Source: an uncultured Candidatus Saccharibacteria bacterium
GTDB taxonomy: Bacteria > Patescibacteriota > Saccharimonadia > Saccharimonadales > UBA4665
DNA: 38,676 nt
Assembly: GCA_964487875.1 (NCBI GenBank)
Contig: CAZASL010000001.1
Coordinates: 1 to 38,676 of the forward strand
Direction of reading: 5' to 3'
The notes beneath the pieces were generated by a model. It was given only the letters and a program-made list of their open reading frames with translations. It made no database searches and had not been told where the DNA came from. The position numbers and the translations under genes were made by a program. Shown one piece after another: positions 34,400 to 38,676 of the stretch; positions within the stretch are counted from its first letter, which is position 1, and the number at the start of each line of letters is the position of its first letter.

Positions 34400-37300
34400 T
34401 TTGTTCCTCTTGGTACCTGAACGTGCAAGTGGTTACAGGTATCGTCAAAAGTTGTCCAGCCGCTTGGCAGAGAGGGTGTTGAACCACACTGTGATTGTCC
34501 AAGTGCAGAGCCACTAGGTAAGATCTGTTCGGCGATCTTTATTATTGTTTGGGCCGGAGCATTTCTGCCAGTTATTATTACCCCGTCTAACGACCCGAAG
34601 TCAACCGCATCGCCCGTATAGTGGTAGGATCCAGTAGCATGTCCCTGCCCGTCACTTTCTATGGCTGTCACGCAAACTTGATGATCTTGGCCGACAGTTG
34701 CTATGAGTTGCAAAATGGCAGAACTAACAGGTGCGCCGGCCGTGCCGGGCTTGCCAGCCGCAGCGTCTTGAACATCCTGTTTCACGGACGAGCTTAAACA
34801 GGAAAGGTCAATGTCGCCGTTGCTTAGAATTTGTTGAGCGAGTTGTTGGGCGTTACCAGACACAGGTGCAGTTGCCGAAACCGTGCCGCCAGCGCTTTGT
34901 TGCTGATCTGCCAGATCATAAGATGTCAGGTTGCTGGTGTCGAATAAGCCGCCGGCGCTGCCAACAGTTGCCTTAATTAACAAGCACGGGTTAGTGGTGT
35001 GGTTGACTGGCATGCCGGTGGTCGGGTCATTAGCCGCTGTGCCGACCCAGCCCTTGCCGCCCGGGGAGTTCTGAAAGTCGTGATCATTTTGGTAGGATTG
35101 GGCTGAATTGTCCGAACAATGAGCATTCCAGTAAGCTTCGGGGTCTGTCGGTATAGTACCGTCAGGATAACCGTACTGTGTCACGCCAAACGGGTCCGGT
35201 TGGGCGGCCACCGCAGCGTTGGCCTGGCCGGATAACATAGACCCAAAACCATGACTTATAGCGCTAAGCGGGTTGAGTAAGCTGGCAAGACTACTTTGAG
35301 CGGCCGCCTGGGTACCGAACGGTACGTCCATCGCAACTTTTGAAACCAGGGAATACTGACTATCGGTGCTGAACATGCGCGCAAAAAGCGATTGGTGGGA
35401 AAAAGTCTGCTCTGCTTCATTTTGTTGCCCGTTGATGATCTTGGCGGCCTGCGTGGGCGTTAGTTGCTGCCCGCCCAGACCGGTATTGGCGTAGTCATTG
35501 CCGGACACATCAGAACCGGCTGCCATCATATCGAACTTTCGACCGCCGCTCATATTGCTGCCGAAGGGACTGGGTATCAGCACGGTGATTACTTTTTCGA
35601 AGAATGGCTGCAGGACACTGCCCACCAGAGACGAAATACTGTTAATCGCGCTGCCTACACCTGGGATAGCTTGGATCACACCACCAAATAGGCTGCCGAT
35701 AGTACCGGTAAAGCCAGCTACGCCGTGCGCCAGCGAAGTGACAACGTTGACACCCGGCAAAGCCAAAAACTGATGGGCTGCGTCGAGAGAAGAATTACTC
35801 TGCCCCAACACCTCTTCGCTGCAGACAAGCTGTCCGGCCGGGACGGGTTTACCGTTTGCGCAAATATAATCGTTGGAGTTGTGCGCGGGACCATTTGAGG
35901 CGGCATAGGCCTTACCGGGCAGGATAGAGTTGAGCAGAGAACTCTGGGCAGCCGGGGGACTATTGCCGTCTATAATGTTTTGGTATAGCGGTGTTTGTTC
36001 GGCTGAAGCGGTGCCGCCTTTTTCGGGGTCGGAGGCTGATCCGGGGTTGCCCGGTCCAAGTGAATTGTTCATTGAACCGAGTTCAGTGGCATCGGTGTGA
36101 CCAGTGTGAATCTCATCGGAGTAGCTACGGTACAACATGTAAGTGCTGACGGCAGCTGAGGCGTTTGTAATATAACCAAGTTTGGTGATGGCTGGCCCGG
36201 CGTTACTAGCCAGACTGATAGCATTAGAAGCCGAGGTGATTATATTAACGATGGGGATAGCATCAGCCGCTTGCGAGGCAATACTGCTCAAGCCAATTTT
36301 TTCAAACACTTTCTCAGCAATATATTTCTGAAAACCCTTGTCGCTTATCTCGGTATATTGGGCAACGAGTTTATCGGCATCATCAAGCCCATAAGTGCTG
36401 GCGAGTTGCACTAATGCAGTCCGTACGGCCGTGTCCGTGGCTGGGTTCTCCCGCTCGGTGTAACCGCCTTCCTGATCACTGATCTGTGTGGGCTGGGTAT
36501 CTTCTGGCACGCAGTTTGAGTCAAGCAGGCATTGTATAACGATGCCTAGACTTTGGTTACGTGGTCCGACCACCCGTTGGACCAGGTACAGCTGAGCAGC
36601 CAGCTTTTTTTTATCTTTCTGGTCCGCCAAGGCATCTTTGGTGCCACAGAAAATGATGCAGCGTTTAATGCCATACTTCCCCTCCAATAGCCGGCCGACC
36701 TTGTAGCGGTACATGACCTGTTTCCATCTGGTTTCGTTCTGCATGGCATCGTTGATGGCATTACGCATAGTGGCCCGGTCAGCACGTTGGAAATCACTAT
36801 CCAGTCCCTGTCCGTTAGGACCGATGTTATCGCCGCCCGGATTGCTGCCTGGCGCCTTTAGATACCAGTTCTTGTTGTACTTGTTGTACTTAAATTCGAC
36901 CCCATAATTGGTAGCCAGTTTATTTTCGAGCCGGGCGTTAGCCCATGTCCTATAAAGGTTATTGACCGGTCCGGTACCTTTTATGTCGGCCGTACAGTTT
37001 TTGCTAAGGGTACTGCCACAGTCTTGGTAGCTGGGCAGTGCTTTTGTGATGTAGCCCTTTAGCAAGTTGTTGGTTTCTTTACCCACGGCGTCCTGCGAGC
37101 TGCTGAAGAACCTATTTTGAAGATTGCTGACAATGTGCTCAATCTTCAAGGGTACCAACAGGAAGAAAACCGTCAGGGCTATGCCCACCAAGCCACCACC
37201 GACACCAACACCTACGCCAATGCCTTTCTTGTGCTTAGCGGCTACTTTAATCATATTATTAACACCGCCACTACCAGTGCTGTCTTTAGGATTGAAGTTG

Positions 37301-37548
37301 AAGCCGCCGGCTGTACCGGTGGCACTGCCGCCTTCCGCTGCTGCCAAGCCGCCAGTGGTTGCAGAGCTGCCGGTGCTGCTGCCATCGCCCTGAGGGTTAT
37401 AAAAGCCGTCGCCGGAGCTTTCGGCATTGCGCAGATCTTCTTGCGATCCGGAATCTTTTGGTGGCTGTGCCGGATTTTTGTGTAGCGTTCCAGAACCAGG
37501 CGAATTATCGTCCGTTGGTTGCTCGGGATCGTATACCGAATTTGCCAT
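34396..37548 (-). CDS. 1050-aa bitopic envelope protein with C-terminal LAS/M15-type zinc peptidase motif
   Basis: ~110-aa Gly/Ser/Asp-rich N-terminal tail, single TM (GLVGIALTVFFLLVPL), ~900-aa ectodomain. The C-terminus carries GSYHYTGDAVDF (SxHxxGxAxD) and CNHLHVQV (HxH). Confidence 0.7.
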   Translation of the reverse strand: MANSVYDPEQPTDDNSPGSGTLHKNPAQPPKDSGSQEDLRNAESSGDGFYNPQGDGSSTGSSATTGGLAAAEGGSATGTAGGFNFNPKDSTGSGGVNNMIKVAAKHKKGIGVGVGVGGGLVGIALTVFFLLVPLKIEHIVSNLQNRFFSSSQDAVGKETNNLLKGYITKALPSYQDCGSTLSKNCTADIKGTGPVNNLYRTWANARLENKLATNYGVEFKYNKYNKNWYLKAPGSNPGGDNIGPNGQGLDSDFQRADRATMRNAINDAMQNETRWKQVMYRYKVGRLLEGKYGIKRCIIFCGTKDALADQKDKKKLAAQLYLVQRVVGPRNQSLGIVIQCLLDSNCVPEDTQPTQISDQEGGYTERENPATDTAVRTALVQLASTYGLDDADKLVAQYTEISDKGFQKYIAEKVFEKIGLSSIASQAADAIPIVNIITSASNAISLASNAGPAITKLGYITNASAAVSTYMLYRSYSDEIHTGHTDATELGSMNNSLGPGNPGSASDPEKGGTASAEQTPLYQNIIDGNSPPAAQSSLLNSILPGKAYAASNGPAHNSNDYICANGKPVPAGQLVCSEEVLGQSNSSLDAAHQFLALPGVNVVTSLAHGVAGFTGTIGSLFGGVIQAIPGVGSAINSISSLVGSVLQPFFEKVITVLIPSPFGSNMSGGRKFDMMAAGSDVSGNDYANTGLGGQQLTPTQAAKIINGQQNEAEQTFSHQSLFARMFSTDSQYSLVSKVAMDVPFGTQAAAQSSLASLLNPLSAISHGFGSMLSGQANAAVAAQPDPFGVTQYGYPDGTIPTDPEAYWNAHCSDNSAQSYQNDHDFQNSPGGKGWVGTAANDPTTGMPVNHTTNPCLLIKATVGSAGGLFDTSNLTSYDLADQQQSAGGTVSATAPVSGNAQQLAQQILSNGDIDLSCLSSSVKQDVQDAAAGKPGTAGAPVSSAILQLIATVGQDHQVCVTAIESDGQGHATGSYHYTGDAVDFGSLDGVIITGRNAPAQTIIKIAEQILPSGSALGQSQCGSTPSLPSGWTTFDDTCNHLHVQVPRGTK

Positions 37549-37612
37549 GTTTATTTCATCCAGGCCTCTTAGTCCTTATGGTTGTATTATACCCGACAGG
37601 GGGCCATTGGCC

Positions 37613-38676
37613 TTACCGTGTTGAGCCAGTGCTGCCGGGAGATAGCCGTTCACCTAGGTCAATGGTGCCCTGCATCTGGTCCAGATTGCTACCTTCTGCC
37701 GGTGCCGGTGGCCCTGGCTGGCCAGTCTGAATACCAGCTTGCTCGGCGGCATTGATCTGGGCGACCTGTTCAGGATTGGTGGTAATCAGGCTGGTTTCGG
37801 TTGGGCTGGCTACTACTTGGATGTGAACGTGGTTTTGGCCGGCAAAGAACAGGCCCTGCCCGACCGGGAACTGGCTGAGTCGTTTCTTTTCTTCGCTGGT
37901 AAGTTTGAAGACGTCGGTCAAGACATCGACGGCGCTCGGCGACTGCTTGAGCAGGAACTGCATAGAGGCATTGGCCACAATCGCCCGTCCCATCCGCGAA
38001 CCCATAAAGTCTTCCACGTCCTGCGTCACCGTCGTCACGCCCAGGTTGTATTTGCGGGCCCGTTTGGCGAGAGAGAACAGGAAGTTTGCCGAATCCTCAT
38101 ACTTCATCAACTGCCAGGCCTCGTCGACGATCAAAATGCGGCGTTTCTGGTCGGTTTTGGTCTTATTCCAGATGTAATTCAGCACGATGTACATCGCTAC
38201 CGGCCGCAGTTCATCCTCCAGGTCGCGCAGGTTGAAGACCACCATCGGGTTGTTAATATCAATGTTGCTCTGCTGGCTGAAGATACCGGCGAAGGTGCCG
38301 GTGGTGTATTTGCGCAAGCGCTGGGCCAGCTGCGGGCCGGTGCCGCCCATGTGCAGCAGCGTGTCGTACAAGTCGGCAATGGTCGGCGGTGTGCCAGTGT
38401 GCGTGAGCGGGTCGTTAGTGATGCCGGCTTTAGCGTAGGTTTCTATGAGTGCGGCATCCAGGTCGGCCTCTTCACTTGGAGCTAGGGCGGGCATAAGTGT
38501 GGCATTGCCGCCGAGCATTTGGGCCTGGGCGCCGCCCATCATAAGGCGCAACAGGCCGTGCAGCGTTATAAGGTTGGAGCGCAGGGCGTTATCGGCCTCT
38601 TCGGTATCGACGACTTTTGGCAAGTCGAAGGGGTTTATACGCGTTTGGCTGTTCAGGCTGAGCCGCACGTAAGCGC
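37613..38676 (-). CDS. virB4: VirB4/TrbE/TraE-family type IV secretion ATPase, C-terminal part (5' end beyond window)
   Basis: Frame open to the window edge (..AYVRLSLNSQTRINPFDL). Walker B RRILIVDEAWQLM, NLGVTTVTQDVEDF. Pro/Gly/Gln-rich ~55-aa C-terminal tail. Confidence 0.85.
   Translation of the reverse strand, partial: AYVRLSLNSQTRINPFDLPKVVDTEEADNALRSNLITLHGLLRLMMGGAQAQMLGGNATLMPALAPSEEADLDAALIETYAKAGITNDPLTHTGTPPTIADLYDTLLHMGGTGPQLAQRLRKYTTGTFAGIFSQQSNIDINNPMVVFNLRDLEDELRPVAMYIVLNYIWNKTKTDQKRRILIVDEAWQLMKYEDSANFLFSLAKRARKYNLGVTTVTQDVEDFMGSRMGRAIVANASMQFLLKQSPSAVDVLTDVFKLTSEEKKRLSQFPVGQGLFFAGQNHVHIQVVASPTETSLITTNPEQVAQINAAEQAGIQTGQPGPPAPAEGSNLDQMQGTIDLGERLSPGSTGSTR

Noticed and set aside
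36605-36612. A8/T8 homopolymer inside the 1050-aa gene (encodes DKKKL) as a phase-variation switch; also 7-mers at 3881, 15266, 17727, 21181, 21371 and 32195
   Set aside because: Tracts of 7-8 nt are at the low end for slipped-strand switching. They arise naturally from Lys/Phe codons in AT-richer genes, and there is no population data.

Overview
Densely packed bacterial chromosomal window (many 1-14 nt gene overlaps) in three parts. (i) nt 1-25,743 is a large cell-envelope glycan locus. It holds rfbA (5'-cut), two GtrA-family flippase-like genes, ugd plus a UDP-glucuronate decarboxylase, and two tandem tyvelose-epimerase-like SDRs. It also holds two polyprenyl-phosphate-type GT2s, a YfhO-like GT-C, three further uncharacterised polytopic membrane proteins (two are paralogues) and two SAM methyltransferases. 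The rest of the locus is a two-domain GT2, a Wzm/Wzt ABC exporter (Wzt with a C-terminal carbohydrate-binding-type extension), a WbbL-like GT2 and a GT4. Embedded in it are an AT-rich two-gene cassette (64-aa protein + SDH-family Clp-fold serine protease) and a secreted-protein pair, one member carrying five ~53-aa repeats. (ii) nt 25,740-31,794 is the canonical origin neighbourhood: jag-yidC-rnpA-rpmH (minus) facing dnaA-dnaN-recF (plus). Both dnaA-flanking spacers carry DnaA-box-like TTTTCCA motifs, and a very AT-rich stretch lies just upstream of dnaN. (iii) nt 31,800-38,676 is a minus-strand operon ending 5 nt from recF. It encodes the 3' part of a VirB4-family ATPase, a 1050-aa bitopic protein ending in a LAS/M15-type zinc-peptidase motif, a 602-aa secreted enzyme with three muralytic domains, and a 260-aa anchored Ig-like protein. 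I consider this T4SS-like, wall-breaching module the most interesting candidate system. No rRNA, tRNA, CRISPR, transposase or integrase was seen. All family calls come from motif recognition by eye; no searches were run. Compact packing and gene content would fit a small-genome monoderm lineage (e.g. Patescibacteria/CPR), but nothing in the window proves taxonomy.
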